Shown: positions 15,330 through 30,493 of the stretch, in pieces
How positions within the stretch are numbered: position 1 is the first letter of the stretch
How the letters are laid out: each line of letters starts with the position of its first letter
NCBI RefSeq assembly: GCF_009914755.1
Contig: NC_060928.1
Length of the DNA: 64,000 nt
Direction: 5' to 3' (one strand)
Source: the human T2T-CHM13v2.0 reference genome, Homo sapiens
Program-made: the position numbers and the translations under genes
The notes under the pieces: generated by a model
Databases searched by the model: none
What the model was told of the DNA's origin: nothing
The model's input: the letters and a program-made list of their open reading frames with translations, nothing else

Positions 15330-15425
15330 GGAGATAGATTTGTGTGTCTTGTTCATTGATGTATACCAGCTACCTATAATTGTCCCCCTACTAGAGGTGC
15401 TTAATACTATTTGGTGAATGAACAA
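15330..15425 (+). mobile_element. L2 3' end fragment
   Basis: gtcttgttcattgatgtatacc...aggtgcttaatactatttggtgaatgaa. Confidence 0.65.
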
Positions 15426-17531
15426 ATCTGGACACAAGGAGCAAAAGTAGTCTTACTTACTAATGAGCCTGTTATGTATTTTTTTTGTGTGTGTAAATTA
15501 CTAAGCAGCTTCTTAGTATCATTTAACTTTTCATACTATTTGTTATCATAGAATATAGTAATAATGTATATCACCTATTTGTTTTCTTCTTCTGGTTCAT
15601 ATTTGCCTTGGGGGTATGGATCAGGTGGCCTATTTTTTCTCCAATCAATTGCTGCTTCATGGTTCAGAAATCCCAGTACTTTTGAGCTGCCTAAAATTTA
15701 TATACTGTTTACAGCAGATTGGTGTAAAGTTTAGTTTAATTATGAGTTTGGATTGTTGATGCTTTTTTAAAACTTCTCTCCAGCACATACTTCACCGTGT
15801 TTCTTGTCTTATTTAATTTTAATCCCATTATTTTATTTCATTTTCTGTGTTAAATAGAAGATTTGTGAAATAGAGAAAAATAAATTACTTCTAGTTTCAC
15901 AACCCAAGGGCAAGTAGGGTGTCCCTGTGAGCTTGTTTTTTCAGCCAGCTATGTTTTTCGAATCAAAGTTCTACTGCTGTTACTAGACAGCATTCTAGAT
16001 AGATTAGATTTTTGCTTTTTGGTTTTTTTTTTTTGGTAGCAGTGTAATTACTATATTTTTCTGTATTCAAGAAAGTTTTTTCTTGTTTTTTTTTTTCCTT
16101 CTTTTTGTGATTTTTGAGTTGGTTTTCTTATGTGAAGCATCTGTTAGCCAGAAAAGGTGTTAAGATGGTGTAGTTTTGATAACTTTTATCACATTTGTCC
16201 TCAATACATTTATGGTCATATTCACCTATCTATTTAAGGAAGTATATAGAAGCAAATTATGTGGTTTGGGAGAAAACAATACCTCCTCTGTGAGCAAAAC
16301 AGAAGTATATATATTAATGTGTATGCAGGTTTTTTACTTACTTGAAAATTCTAATGGATTGGAGGATATGTGGGAACCTCAATACTATTTACAGGTAGGA
16401 AGCACCATGTTTAACGATGGATTGCAGCTTAAAAAAAATCTCATACTTCCAGGTGTATGAAATCAGATTTACCTACACTAACTAGCATTTTCCCCAGCTG
16501 TTCTTACTTTGAATATAAAATCATTGTTTTCTTAGAAGAGGAAAGCTAGTGAAATTAAAGTAAAATGAATTTGCTAGTTTTAAATTTTACTTATGACATA
16601 TATATGGTGAAGAATGTAAATTTTCTTGAGCCATGGTATTATATGAGCCTTACTGGGTGGTGATGGTAAGCAGATGTTTTCTTTCTTCCCACTATCAGCC
16701 TGAGGGAAAAGTATACAGAACATAGAGCAAGAAGGAAAGGGCATTTTACAAATCAACTATATCCTGGTTCATTTTTGCTTTGTTTTTGTTGTTGTTGTTA
16801 TTAAAGCCCAGAATCATAACTTTTTTCCTTTAAATGTATGCCAGGATTATTACATTTAATTAAAACTAGATTTTATATAGTATGCAGAAAATTTGAGAAT
16901 CCTACTCATGCAAGTGAGATATTGACAGTCTATACTTAGCAAAAAGATAAGTTGGGTAGTAGCAGCGATTCTTTGTTACAATGAGGAATTAACTCATTTC
17001 ATGGAGTTAAAAGGGCCCCTAGACACATAAGGATTGATTTTTTTTCCCATTGTTAAATACACCATATACCTATTATCAAAAATGTTTTACATAATAATTG
17101 CCTATACATGATTGGTCCAACTTATTTCTGGTTTGATTCTCAACAAGATTATGTCAGTAGACACCTTATTTTTAAAATAGAGTGCAAATAAAGATAAAAA
17201 ATGTGTACCTTCTTTCCCAGTATCCCTACTTCAAGATGGAGAGACAGTATAATCAGTTATTGATTTATAATTCATTAAATTATAATCAATCTGTGAGTAA
17301 TTGATAGCTGACTGCTGTCATTCTGCTGAGAAATGATTATTTTGGTTGCATAAAATAAATACCACATTATGAATTTTGTTTAATCAAATTAGTAGTGGAA
17401 GTGGACTTTGGTAAGTGCAGGATGCATGTAGTACCTTAGCATAACTTGACAGTTTTTAATGTGTATCCCTATGGAGATTTATTAAGTAATTAGAATTTAG
17501 TTTGATTGTGACCTCGGAATTATGTATTGTC

Positions 17532-17838
17532 TTTTTTTGTTTTATTTTGTTGTGTTTGAGATAGGGTCTCAATCCTGTTGCCCAGGCTGGAGTGCAGTGG
17601 CTCAGTCACAACTCACTGCAGCCTCCATTCCCAGGCTCAGGTGATCCTCTCACTTCAGCCTTCAAGTAGCTAGGACTACAGACTCCAGCTGCTACACCCA
17701 GCTATTTTTTGTATTTTTAGAAGAGACGGGGTTTTGCTATGTTATCCAGGCTGGTCTTGAACTCCTGTGCTCACGCAGTCCACCCACCTTGGCCTCCCAA
17801 AGTGTTGAGATTACAGGCGTGAGCTCTTGCGCCCAGCT
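17532..17838 (-). mobile_element. Alu (AluJ-type)
   Basis: Reverse-complement Alu; flanks aattatgtattgtc / aattatgcattgtc form the TSD. Confidence 0.93.
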
Positions 17839-18854
17839 AAAATTATGCATTGTCAACCTGCCTCATTCCTTTTGAGTTTTTTCCAGAAAACTAATTTTCT
17901 TATTCTTTCCATACTCCAATATATACAGTAACCATTAGCTTTAATGAGATAAATAGGAATGTGATTGCATATGCATTAGAAAGATCAGGATTGCATGCAA
18001 TTAATAGAAATGTCTTATTATATACAGAAGAAGCAATTTGATCTTAGTAACATTTATGAGATTTGTAGCCTTAGGATGGCACCTAGAAGGATGTATCATT
18101 TTGTGTAAAATACTGTCCAGACTCAACAGGCAAATATATTGAGCTCTTTTGCACATATTTTCTGTGGGGCAGGAGTGTTGTTGCACAGGCGTGTTTTGTA
18201 ATTGTCGACTTGATCTAATGGGCATTTCCAAAAAAGGACTTAGATATTTTAATTAATATTTACTTGTTAATCTAATATTGACAGAATTTCAGAGCATCAA
18301 GGAGCAAAATTTACAGTTGAATTTTGAGTGCGATGAATCTCTTACTAGCCATGTAATTAAACCTGTGTTAGAGCCTGTGTTGCATACATCCCAAAGGGCA
18401 CTTGCTGGTTACATATTTAGTATTTGTAGCTGGTATGATGGGTGGCAGCATCATTAAAATGCTTTATCTCATTTGTTAACTGTGTGTCTCTAAAATTTTT
18501 ACTATTTTAAGCCTTAGGTAGAATTTGGTCATACCTCACTTTGCCTCTCTTTATAAAGTATAATACTGCATATTCACATATGTATAAATATCTATATCTA
18601 AAGAAGTATTTTAAAGAGTATCTTAAACTTTCTGGCTTTTGTACACTATTCTATATATAACCTTTAATGAAGTTTTATTGTAATCGTATGCTACAGTGGT
18701 ACATTTAATCAGTGTAAAAAATTGTTTTGTGGAAAAAGATTCAGATTTTTGCATTTAATTCCATAGCTGGAATTCGTGGGTTGATCAGTAGTTCAGTGTT
18801 TTGAAATCTGTGTTCCTCAGCTACTTTGCTGATGTTACCAGTAAAACATTGTGT

Positions 18855-19146
18855 TTTGTTTCTTTCTTTGTTTTTGAGACAGGGTCTTGCTCTGTCATCC
18901 AGGCTAGAGTGGACTGGTGCGATCTCAGCTCACTGCAGCCTCGACTTCCTGGACTCAAGTGATCCTCTTACCTCAGCCTCCTGAGTACCTGGGATTAGGG
19001 GCTCACACCACCATGCCGGGCTAATTTTTGTACTTTTTGTAGAGACAGGGTTTCACCATGTCTCAAATTCCTGCAATCAAAACAATCCACCCACCTTGGG
19101 CTCCCAAAGTGCTAGGATTACAGGCATGAGCTACCATGCCTTGCCT
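18855..19146 (-). mobile_element. Alu (AluJ-type)
   Basis: Reverse-complement Alu body with ctgcagcctcgac...gatcctc. Confidence 0.92.
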
Positions 19147-19721
19147 TGTTTCTTGATTTTAGAAATTGAATATCATGTGGGATAAAATCAAGCAGAACTA
19201 ATTATACATCTTCTTTCAAAAAATTGGGTTATTTGCCCATTTTTTGTGCTATTTCAATTAAAGCCATTTTTCAATATTTTAGGTTTAATGAAAATACTAA
19301 AATATTCCAGTCACAGATACTTAATTGCTTGTGAATTATCAATTCATAAACAGTATCTTAGGACAAATGAACAAAATGAACTAAATGGGATCCTATGACT
19401 TTTATCATCAAAGTTAATAATCTTGTGGAACATTACAAATACAGTAGAGAAATCTTTAAGTCAAATAAGACTTCATATCCTATAACTGTGTTTATGAACA
19501 AGTTACTTAACTGTTTATAATTGTAGTCTTGCTTCAAGGTCTTTTTCAAGTGCTGTGTCTTCACTGTCTCAGAAGTTTACACTTCCTATTTCAGAGGAAA
19601 TAACAGGTTATCACATAGAAACCACAGTTTATTCTCCATATACTTATTTATCTCTATTAAAATCGTATTTAGTTCCTTTAGTTATTTTGGCTTAACTACT
19701 TATAGCTAAAAACGATAATAA

Positions 19722-20337
<616 letters not shown>

Positions 20338-20751
20338 TAATTAATATGTTTAATTCCCTCAACAACTCTTTGAGGTAAGCACAGTCACTGTGTCCTTTTT
20401 ACAGATGAGGAAACAGGTCTAGAAAGTCAAGTAACTTCAGGGTTACACAGCAAGTAAATATGGAATCATGGATTTGAACCCAGCCAATCTTACTCTAGAG
20501 TCTTTATCTTAACTGCCATGTTGTACTCCAGTTCCAGCCTGAATTGTGCTTTCTTGCCTTTGCTCTTGCTTTTCTCTTTGCCCTCTCCCAACCAGTTGAA
20601 ATGCTTCTATGTTAGGCCATTTTAAAAATAGGCAAATTAAATAGTTAAAATCTGGGAAGTCTCATCTCTGCCTAATGCTTAATTACTTTGTGACATTGGG
20701 CTTGTTGCTTTTTACATTTTTAAAATGAAGCCTATGTATACCCACTAGAAT

Positions 20752-20968
20752 TTTCTTTTTCTTTTTCTTTTCTTTTTTTTTAATATATTATTTATTTATT
20801 TTTTTATTTTATTTTTTTGAGACAGAGTCTTGCTGTGTCACCCAGGCTGGAGTGCAGTGGCACGATCATGACTCACTGCACCCTTGAACCCTTGGGCTCA
20901 GTCTCTTGTCCCACTTCAGCCTCCTGAGTAGCTGCAACTACAGACAAGCACCACAACACCAGGCTAAT
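20752..20968 (-). mobile_element. Alu right-arm-only fragment (FRAM/AluJ)
   Basis: T-rich tail and right monomer ending at ggctaat. Confidence 0.88.
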
Positions 20969-21349
20969 AGAATTATTTTATAATGATTACATAGGGTATA
21001 TAACGAATGTATAGCATAGTGCCTGACACATGATAAACTTTGTGAGGGTCTTTGGCTAGCTGTTTTATTGGTAAGTCGTCTCTAAAAGATACCTGTCCTC
21101 CCCATCTAATCAGTGTGTTACTTGTTCAGAGTGCATTTGTAAGGCTTACTTAGGGCATGTTGTTTGCATGTTTAAATGTGTGTTTTGTAATTTTGGGATA
21201 CAGATGCTTACCAGAGGATTTCTGTCTTCATGTTCTTCAGTGAGATTGAAGTATAAGTCATAAAAGAGATTTTATGATGCCTGAAAAGCTTTCTGTAGAG
21301 TGTATCATAAAGCTTACTTAACTTTATTTTCTTTATTTTTTTTTTCCAG

Positions 21350-21388
21350 GAAATTTGGTGAGCGGCCTCCACCTAAACGACTTACTAG
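21350..21388 (+). CDS. RBPJ: RBPJ internal coding exon (39 nt, phase 2-2), KFGERPPPKRLT(R)
   Basis: Long T tract and ccAG acceptor (21348-49), AG|GTGAGT donor. The peptide matches the RBPJ N-terminus as I recall it and joins the next exon in frame. Confidence 0.97.
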
Positions 21389-23156
21389 GTGAGTATTATA
21401 TTAGTCAGCTTTTTACACATACATTTTATGAAAGTATAAATCTTATTGTTTTAGATATTATATTAATAGGTACCCTTAAAGTCATTCAAATATTACTGTC
21501 TAGAGCATAAACTTATTCTCAAACTTCCTTTCCCTCATCTCTCCTCCCGTCCCTCACCAAAAACAGGAACAAAAGGATATAGTTGAAAAGGGAAAATGAA
21601 ACCTTTCTTAGAATTAGTCTTGAGTCTTATGTAGTGAATACAACATGGACGGCAGTGCAGGTAGCTTTCTATATCTAGCTATGGTTAGCCCATCACAATT
21701 TGTTGATTGCAGGTAAGATTTGAAAGTAAATGCTTTTAGGAAAGAATTTTAAGGAAAACAGTTTTTACCCATTTTAAGAAAACACACGTTTTATCTATTT
21801 TTAATGAGTATAAGTTGTACAATATACATTTTAATTATGAATGTTGAAAGTATTGGTCTTAAAAATGATTTTTAAAATTTCTAGCAGCCAGAATTGTAAA
21901 ATAAAGAGACCTAGTTCTATGGCCATGTCCTAGAGTCAGTGCAAACCTTGCGTTTTTAGCAGTTTATTTTTGGTGTCTTTCAAGAAAATGAGATATATAT
22001 ATATATGTATATGTATGTATGTGTCTGTCCTTTTTCTTCATAAACTCAACTGAGATCACACTCTATCATTGTTCTACACCTTTTCACGCCACTTAACAGT
22101 ACATCTTCTACCTTGATATTTCCCCTTAATGGCTCCATGGTTTTTCATAGCTTTCATACCACTTTTAATATTTCACATTGATGACCATTTAGGTCATTTC
22201 CAAATTATTGCTATTATTTTAAAAAGCTGTTACACTTAAAGAACGATGGGGACCTACAGAAGGATACAAAGGACAGTTTGAAGGGGAAATCTGGGACACT
22301 TTGGTTATCAAGGTAAATAATGATAGTAATGGATTAAAACCTGTATAATAAAACAACAGCTTTGAAGTCTATACTGAGATAATTAATCTCAGGATAAATA
22401 TTATTTATATAAATAAAAGTCATTTATAATTAATAAATGGGGCAAAGAGGATAGCTTTTCCTTACAGATGCATGTCGCCTAATAAATGTAGAAGGACAAA
22501 AACCTGGACAAAATATGTAAAAACCGTTTTCCAGGTATTGAACATCAGGTATAGAAGGATAAGTGATTCCTGAGAAACTGGGAGTCCACAGAGGGCAAGA
22601 CAGTTAGCAGGGCTGCAAAGTGGAGAGGAATTAACTGTATAAAGAGGTCCAGAGATCTACAGAGGTTTCCTTTCAGTCTTCAGCTGCATATTGATCAGCA
22701 TGCGTGTGTAAGAAAACTACTCCGTGGTGGGGATTGGGGAAAAATATCCCAAAAAATCAGAGGAAACAATTTCTAAAGTTCACTTAGGGCTATGAATTGT
22801 GCCTGTTAACAGTAGCCAGAGTGGAAAAATCTCATAATTTATGGGGCATTCGCTAGAGTGCTCAGAAGGGTTTTGTTTCAGTAGTGATATAAAATTGGGT
22901 CCAGGCATGATGCTCTGTTTTCACTGGCAAACTTAAAGAAGGATTGAAGGGAACAAACTTAATTGTGTACCAGAACAAAGCTCAAGAATACAGGAATAGA
23001 AAAATATCCAGCACTCCCTCAGAAAGGCAAAATCAAAATATACCAGTCATACAAAGGAGCAAGAAAATATCCATAACAAGAAAAATCAGTGAATCAAAAC
23101 CAACCCAGAAATGACACAGATAATAGAATTATTAGATAAGAACATTAAAACAGTAA

Positions 23157-23297
23157 ATTTTTTTTTGTTTTTTTGTAGAGACAGGGTCTCACTATGTTGC
23201 CCAGGCTCATCTTGAACTCTTGGCTTCAAACAATCCTCCTGCTTCCTTGGCCTCCCAAAATGCTGGGATTACAGGTGTGATCCACGGTGCCCAGCCT
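23157..23297 (-). mobile_element. Alu left monomer (FLAM-like)
   Basis: Monomer flanked by taaaacagt on both sides. Confidence 0.88.
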
Positions 23298-23343
23298 AAA
23301 ACAGTTATTATATTTGTGTTCTATATGTCCAAGATGTCAAGAT

Positions 23344-23557
23344 CAAGAGCTGGGAAACTTTAAAGAGTCAGATGGTACATATTTTAGGTTTTGTTGCCCA
23401 TATAACCTCCATCATACTACTCACTTCTGTTGTAGCACAAAAGCAGCAATAGACCATGTGTAAACAATTAGAGTGTCTGTACAGTGAAGTATAGCTTTAT
23501 TTGTAAAATGGGTGGTGGGTAGGATTTGGCCTACAGACTGTAATTAGTAGAACCTGA
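23344..23557. mobile_element. MER58A-like hAT-Charlie MITE
   Basis: atattttaggttttg...aaagcagcaatagac...ggatttggcc matches the recalled MER58A layout. Confidence 0.78.
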
Positions 23558-23592
23558 GCTAGAGGAGAGGTTAAATAGAGACATAGAAGATT

Positions 23593-23620
23593 ACACACAC
23601 ACTCTCTCTCTCTCTCTCTC
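23593..23620. repeat. Compound (AC)n(TC)n microsatellite
   Basis: Read directly from the sequence. Confidence 0.9.
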
Positions 23621-23931
23621 AAATTAAATCTCTAAAGATGAAAAGTTTAATATTTAAGGTGGAAAAGTACACTTGGGATTAATTTCAGAATGGACAAAGA
23701 GGAGATTAGTAAACATGAAGACATAGCAATAGATACTATCTAAAATGAAGCACACAAAGAAAAAGTCTGAAAAAAGTGGTGAGCATTAGTGAGCCATGTT
23801 TTATTGTCAGGTGACCTCATATATATGTAGTTAGTCATCGTAGGAAGAGTATGAATAAAACAATATATGAAGAAATAATGGCAAAAATGTTCTAACTGGA
23901 AAATTAGTGAAAACTGTAAAACCACAGATCT

Positions 23932-24268
<337 letters not shown>

Positions 24269-25765
24269 TTATAATCAAATTGATTAAAGTCAGTGATAAA
24301 GAAAAAAACAACAGAAAACCAAAGACAAATTATGCACAGAGGAACAAAGAGAGGATGACAGCAGGTTTTTCATCTGAAACCTTGCTGTGGATAAGACAGA
24401 GCAAGTGCTTTGAAGTGCTCAAGGGGGACCTATACTTGTCAACCTAGAATTCTATACCCAGTAGATATATACCGTTTTAGGCATATTAAAAATTGAAAGA
24501 ATTTATTGCAAATAGGCCTTAGCTACAGTGTTAAAATTCTTCAAGCAGAAGGATGATCATACTAGATAGAAATCCGATTCTGTACAAATTACCAATATCA
24601 AGAACAAGAAAGGTGACATCACTATAGAGTCACAGATGTTTGAAGGATAATAAGTGAATATTATAATTAACTTTTTGCCAATAATATTCAACTTTTGAAG
24701 AAATGCACACAATTTCTTGAAACTAGCAAACTACCAAAGCTTACTCAAGAAGAAACAGGTAACTTGAATAGTCCTATATTTAAGGAAATTGAACTTGTAA
24801 ACCTTCTGACAAAACTGCAGGCCCAGATGGCTTCACTGTTGAATTCTACTGTATATTTAAGAAAAAAATTATCTCAATTCCATACATACTCTTTCAGAAA
24901 ATTGGAGAGCAGGACATACTTCTCAGTTCATTCTGTGAGCATAGCATTACCCTGTTGCGAAAAGTAGGCAAGACATTACAAGAAAATGAAATTACTGTCC
25001 AGTATCCCTTGTGAACATAGTTATAAAAAGTCTTAACAAATTTTCAAATGGAATCCAACAATATATTGAGGGGATGATACATCTTGACCTAGTGAGTTTT
25101 ATCTCAGGAATGGAAAACAGTTCATGTAATTCAGTATATTAATAGAACAAAAAAGGAAAATCATATAGTTATCTCGGGATTTAGAAAAAGCTTTTGACAT
25201 CCATTTTTAATAGAAATTCTCAGCAAACTTGGAATAAAAGAGAATTTCCTCATCATAGGGTGCCTGTGAAAAAACTACATTTAACAACATGCTGATTGGT
25301 GAAACACTGGATGTTTTTCCTCTAACATTAGGAACAACACAAGGATGTCTGCTTTCACAGATTTCATTTAACATTGTATTTTGAGGTACTATAAGGCCAG
25401 AAAAAGAAATGAAAGACGTCTTGATGGGAAAGAAAGAAGTGAAACTGTCTTTATTTGCAGATATCATGATCATATGTATAGAAAATTCTGCGGAATCTTG
25501 CTACTAGAACTGATAAGTGAGTTTAGCAAGGTAGTAGGATACATGATTAACATACACAACTAAATTGTATTTCTGTATACTGATGAGCAATGGGAAATTG
25601 GAATTTGAAAGCAATACAATTTACACAGTAGTATAAAAATATATATCAGGAAAAGTCTGACAAAAGGTGCAAAAACTCTACACTGAAGACTACCAAACAT
25701 TACTGGGAGAACTTGAAGTCCTAATTAAATGTTCTTCAGGTAGAAGACCTAATATTGTTGAAATG

Positions 25766-26065
25766 GGCTGGGTGTGATGGTTCACACCTATAATCCCAGT
25801 ACATTGAAAGGCCAAGGTGTGAGGATCACTTAAGGCTAGGAGTTTGAAACCAGCTTGGGCAACCAAGTGAGACCTTGTCTCTACAAATAATAAAAAAAAT
25901 TAGCTGGGCATGTTGGCACGTGCCTGTGGTCCCAGCTACATTGGGAAGCTGAGGCAGGAGGATTGCCTGAGCCCAGGAGGTTAAGGCTGCTGTAATCCAT
26001 GTTTGTGCCCCTGCACTCCAGCCTAGATGACAGAGCGAGACCCTGTCTCAAATAAATATATATAT
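25766..26065 (+). mobile_element. Alu (AluJ-type)
   Basis: Full body; flanks tgttgaaatg / ggttaaaatg are a diverged TSD. Confidence 0.93.
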
Positions 26066-26805
26066 GGTTAAAATGTCAGTTCTTCTCAAATTGATCCTGT
26101 GGATTCAACACAATCACAGTCAAAATCTCAGCAGGCTTTTTTGTAACAGTTGACAAGCTGTTTCTAAAATTTATATAGAAATGCAAATAACCTTGAAAAA
26201 AAGAAAAAAGAACTTACACTGCCTGGTTTCAAAGCTTACTATAAAGCTATGGTAATTTAAAGTATTGTATTGGCATAAAGATAGCTAAGTAGACCATTGT
26301 GACAGAATAGTGGCCAGAAATAGTTCTTCAGATACGTGGTCAGTTACTTTCCAGTCAAGGTGCGAAGGCAATTTAGCTAGATTTTTTTTTAAATGGTAGT
26401 CTTTCTAACAGTTGATTGTAGAACAATTGGATATCCATTCCTCCTTCAACCCACCCCCCACACACAAAGTAACTACAGTCTATACATAGTACCATATTAA
26501 AAAAATAGCTCAATGTAGACCTAAATGTAAAACTTTAAAGTATACAGCTTTTAGAAGAAAACATAGGAGAAAATGTTGTTTATTAGGCTAACATTTCTTA
26601 GACACTAAAACACAATCTGTGGAAGAAATTGATAAATTTTACTTCATCAAAATAAAAAACAAAGATGAAAAGGACTCTGAAAAGTAAATAATAAGGAAAC
26701 AATCCATTTTTAAAGGGTGGAAATGGTCTGAACAGATACTAATCCAAAGAATGTGTGAATATGACAAATACCCATTAAGGAAGTGCAAATTAAGACTACA
26801 GTGAG

Positions 26806-27119
26806 TGTGTTAGTCCCACTGGTTTGCTATAATAGTGTACCATTAACTGGGTGGCTTATAAGCCACAAATTTATGTCTCATAATTCTGGAGGCTGGGAAG
26901 TCTAAGATTAAGACACCAGTGTGTTTGATGTCTGTTGGGAGATGCTTCCTGGTTGATAGATGACTGTCTTCTTTATGTGTCCTCACATGGCAGGAGGGAC
27001 AAGGGCACTGATCCTATTCTTGAAGGCTCCATCCTCATGACCTCATCACCTTCCAGATGCCCCACCTCCTATTAGGTTTCAACATAGGAATTTTGGGGGG
27101 ACACATACACTTTTTAGCA
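26806..27119 (-). mobile_element. MaLR solo LTR (MLT1A-like) inserted in L1
   Basis: ttctggaggctgggaagtctaagat core, TG..CA ends, TSD gtgag/gttag. Confidence 0.85.
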
Positions 27120-27911
27120 GTTAGATACTATTAATACTGTATACCTGTTAAAATGTCTGAAATTTAAAGGACTCATCATGGGAACAGCTAGTACTTTTCA
27201 TACACTGGCAGTGGGTATATAAAGTGGTACAATAATTTTAGAAAATAATTTAGCACTTTCTTAAAATGTTAAACCTCTACCATATGGCCTAGTTATTCCA
27301 TTCCTACATATTTAATCAAGGAAAATGAAAACATCTGAATACAAAGCCCTGAACACAAATGTTCATGTTAGCTTTAGTTGTAGTAGTCACACATACATAA
27401 CCCCAATATCCAGCAACAGGTGAGTGGATCAACAAATTGTAGTGTATTCTACAGTGAATTTCTATTAAGCAGTAAAAAAGGAATGAACTTGATACATGCA
27501 ACAACATAGATGGATCTTAAAATAATTATATTCAATTTTCTAAATATATCAGGAAAAAAGAATACGTACTGAATGATTCCACTTACATAGAATTATAAAA
27601 AATGCAAACTGATCTGTACTGACAAAAACTAGATCAGTGGTTTCCTGGGGATAGGGGGAGGCAGGAGGAAAGATTACAAAAAGGCAGAAAGGAAACTCAC
27701 AATTGTGAATACCTTTATTTTGATTTTGGTGATGGTGTATATATACATGCCAAAGCTTGTCACATTGCACACTTTAAATAAGTGTATTTTACTATATTTC
27801 AATTAAATCTCAATAAAGCTGTTAAAAACTTAGAAGCTTTTATACTTGAAAAATATTCTAAAATATTCTGAAAGGGATTAGTGTATCTTCTTGGGAAAAT
27901 TAAGGTAAGTT

Positions 27912-28140
27912 TTGTTTATTTTTTTGTTTTGTTTTGTTTTGTTTGAGACGGAGTCTTGCTCTGTCACCCAGGCTAGAGTACAGGTGCCTGCCACCATGCC
28001 CAGCTAATTTTTAATTTTTAGAAGAGATGGGGTTTCACCGTGTTGGCCAGGCTGGTCTCGAACTCCTGACCTAAAGTGATCCGCCTGCCTTGGCTTCCCA
28101 AGGTGCTGGGATTACAGGTGTGAGCCACCACGCCTGGCTT
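27912..28140 (-). mobile_element. Alu (AluS-type) with an internal right-arm deletion
   Basis: ggctagagtacaggtgcc junction skips most of the right arm; TSD aggtaagttttgttt / aggtgagttttattt. Confidence 0.92.
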
Positions 28141-28366
28141 CAGGTGAGTTTTATTTCTTTTTAAATCTCTGAAAGAGAGCAAACTACAGATTTATATTGT
28201 TTATTATTGAAGCTAAAATAAGGCAAATTTAGCAAAATTTGTATAACAGCAAATGGAAATGTAAAATCAATGACCAAATCTGTGATAACATTTTATTTTA
28301 TTAAGCACAAACTTGGAAATCAGAAATTTTCCCCTTTGATAATATAATTTTAGGTACCATCTGGCC

Positions 28367-28666
28367 TTTTTTTGTTTTGTTTTGAGAGACAGAGTCTGGC
28401 TTTATCACCCAGGCTATAGCGCAGTGGTGTGATCTTGGCTGACTGCAACCTCCGCCTCCCAGGTTCAAGCCAGCCTCCCACCTCAGCCTCCTGAGTAGCA
28501 GGGACTACAGGTGCACACAACCATGCCTGGCTAATTTTTATATTTTTTGTAGAGACAGGATTTCCCCATATGGCCCAGGCTAGTCTTGAACTCCTAAGCT
28601 CAAGTGATCCGCCTGCCTCGGCCTCCCAAAGTGCTGGGATTACAGGCGAGAGCCACCACACCCTGC
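28367..28666 (-). mobile_element. Alu (AluJ-type)
   Basis: Reverse-complement full body. Confidence 0.94.
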
Positions 28667-29019
28667 CTTGAGAATGCTTTTTAAAATGTTTTTTTTTCCT
28701 CCATTTCTCCTTTAAAGAATATTCAAGTTAGGAAAATTTTAGTATCTTTTATTTTATTTGATGAGAAATATTTTAACATTTTTTCTCTCCATTGGGGTGC
28801 AGAGAGTTTAAAATTGGGCAGATTTTATTCCTTAAAAAAAAAAATCTTTGAAACACTATTCTTACTCCCATTTTCCAAATTAAGCAATATTGAAAAAGCA
28901 TCCTGTTGTGAAGGTCATCTTTTAGGTAGTGTTCTAAACATAGTTCTGCCTACACAGAGTTTAAACTTTTGATTAAGGCTCGTTAATAATATATACTATT
29001 CACTGTTACTATGGATTCA

Positions 29020-29318
<299 letters not shown>

Positions 29319-30166
29319 TGGATTCACTTTTTTTCTTTTTACAAAAATTACATTCTTTCAGGATGTATATGATAGGAATAGAGTGTTGGCTTTTAAGGAC
29401 GTCCCAATCTCTTGAAATACTCCCTTTAATATGGCCCACAAGTATAACTTGACTGTCAGTTCAAAAAAAAAAAAAACCAAATAGAATAATCAGATGTTAT
29501 ATAATGCATAGAACAATTATTCTTGTACTGTTGAGGCTTTTAGAGCCTCAAATCATTTTGTCATTTAGAGCCTGAAAATCTTAGTTGCAATGCAGTTATG
29601 CATTGGTCTTCAGGAGTGCTTAGTGTGTCGAGTGGAGGTGCCTGTTTCTTAGATAAGAGTAGGCCTGAGCTCTGAAGTGCTTTTTTTAAAAAAGAGATAT
29701 TATTCGACTTAATACTCTGTTGTACTAAGTGATTCTGCTCTGCTGTTAACCAAAAGGTAAGACTGGAATCCTGAAGACTTCTAAAGAACGTAATCTTAAC
29801 CTTCTCCCCTACAACACTCCAGACTAGTAGCCATTACCTCATGCTTTTGCTTGAATCCGTTTAATGTCATGAGGTTTTCTTCATAAAAGTTTACCATTTC
29901 TTCAAGGTTTGTTGTAATTGTTGTAACTATTTTGTAGTGTTCTCTCACTAAGAATATTTTTTCTCTGTCACTTGGCCTAACACTTTTTGCAAAGCCCATC
30001 TTCTGTTAGCCTCCCTGCCATACCTCTCTGTTCTCACATGTACCTCCATTGTGGCCATGGTCAGATATGGAAATAATCAGTTTCTGAAATTCTGTTGGCT
30101 TGCTTTGAAGGTTGCCTCAGAGTAAGTAATAATACCTTAAGGTGAAGGTTAAGAAACTAAGCTCCA

Positions 30167-30456
30167 GGCCAGGCATGGTGGCTCAAGCCTGTAATCCCAG
30201 CATTTTGGGTGGCCAAGGCAGGAGGATTGCTTGAGTCCAGGAGTTTGAGACTAGCCTGGGCAGCATAGGGAGAATTAAAAAAAATTAAAGAATTAGCTAG
30301 ATGTGGTATTGCCCGCCTGTGGTCCTAGCTACATGGAAGGCTAAGGTGGGGTGATCCCTCTAACCCAGGAAATTGAGGCTGCAGTGAGCCGGATTGTGCC
30401 ACTTTACTCCAGCTTGGGTGACAAAGTGAGAATCTGCTTCAAAAAAACAAAAGAAG
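30167..30456 (+). mobile_element. Alu (AluJ-type)
   Basis: Diverged full body with A-rich tail. Confidence 0.92.
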
Positions 30457-30493
30457 AAATGAGCTTTATATCTATTGTCCACGTTAACATGGG

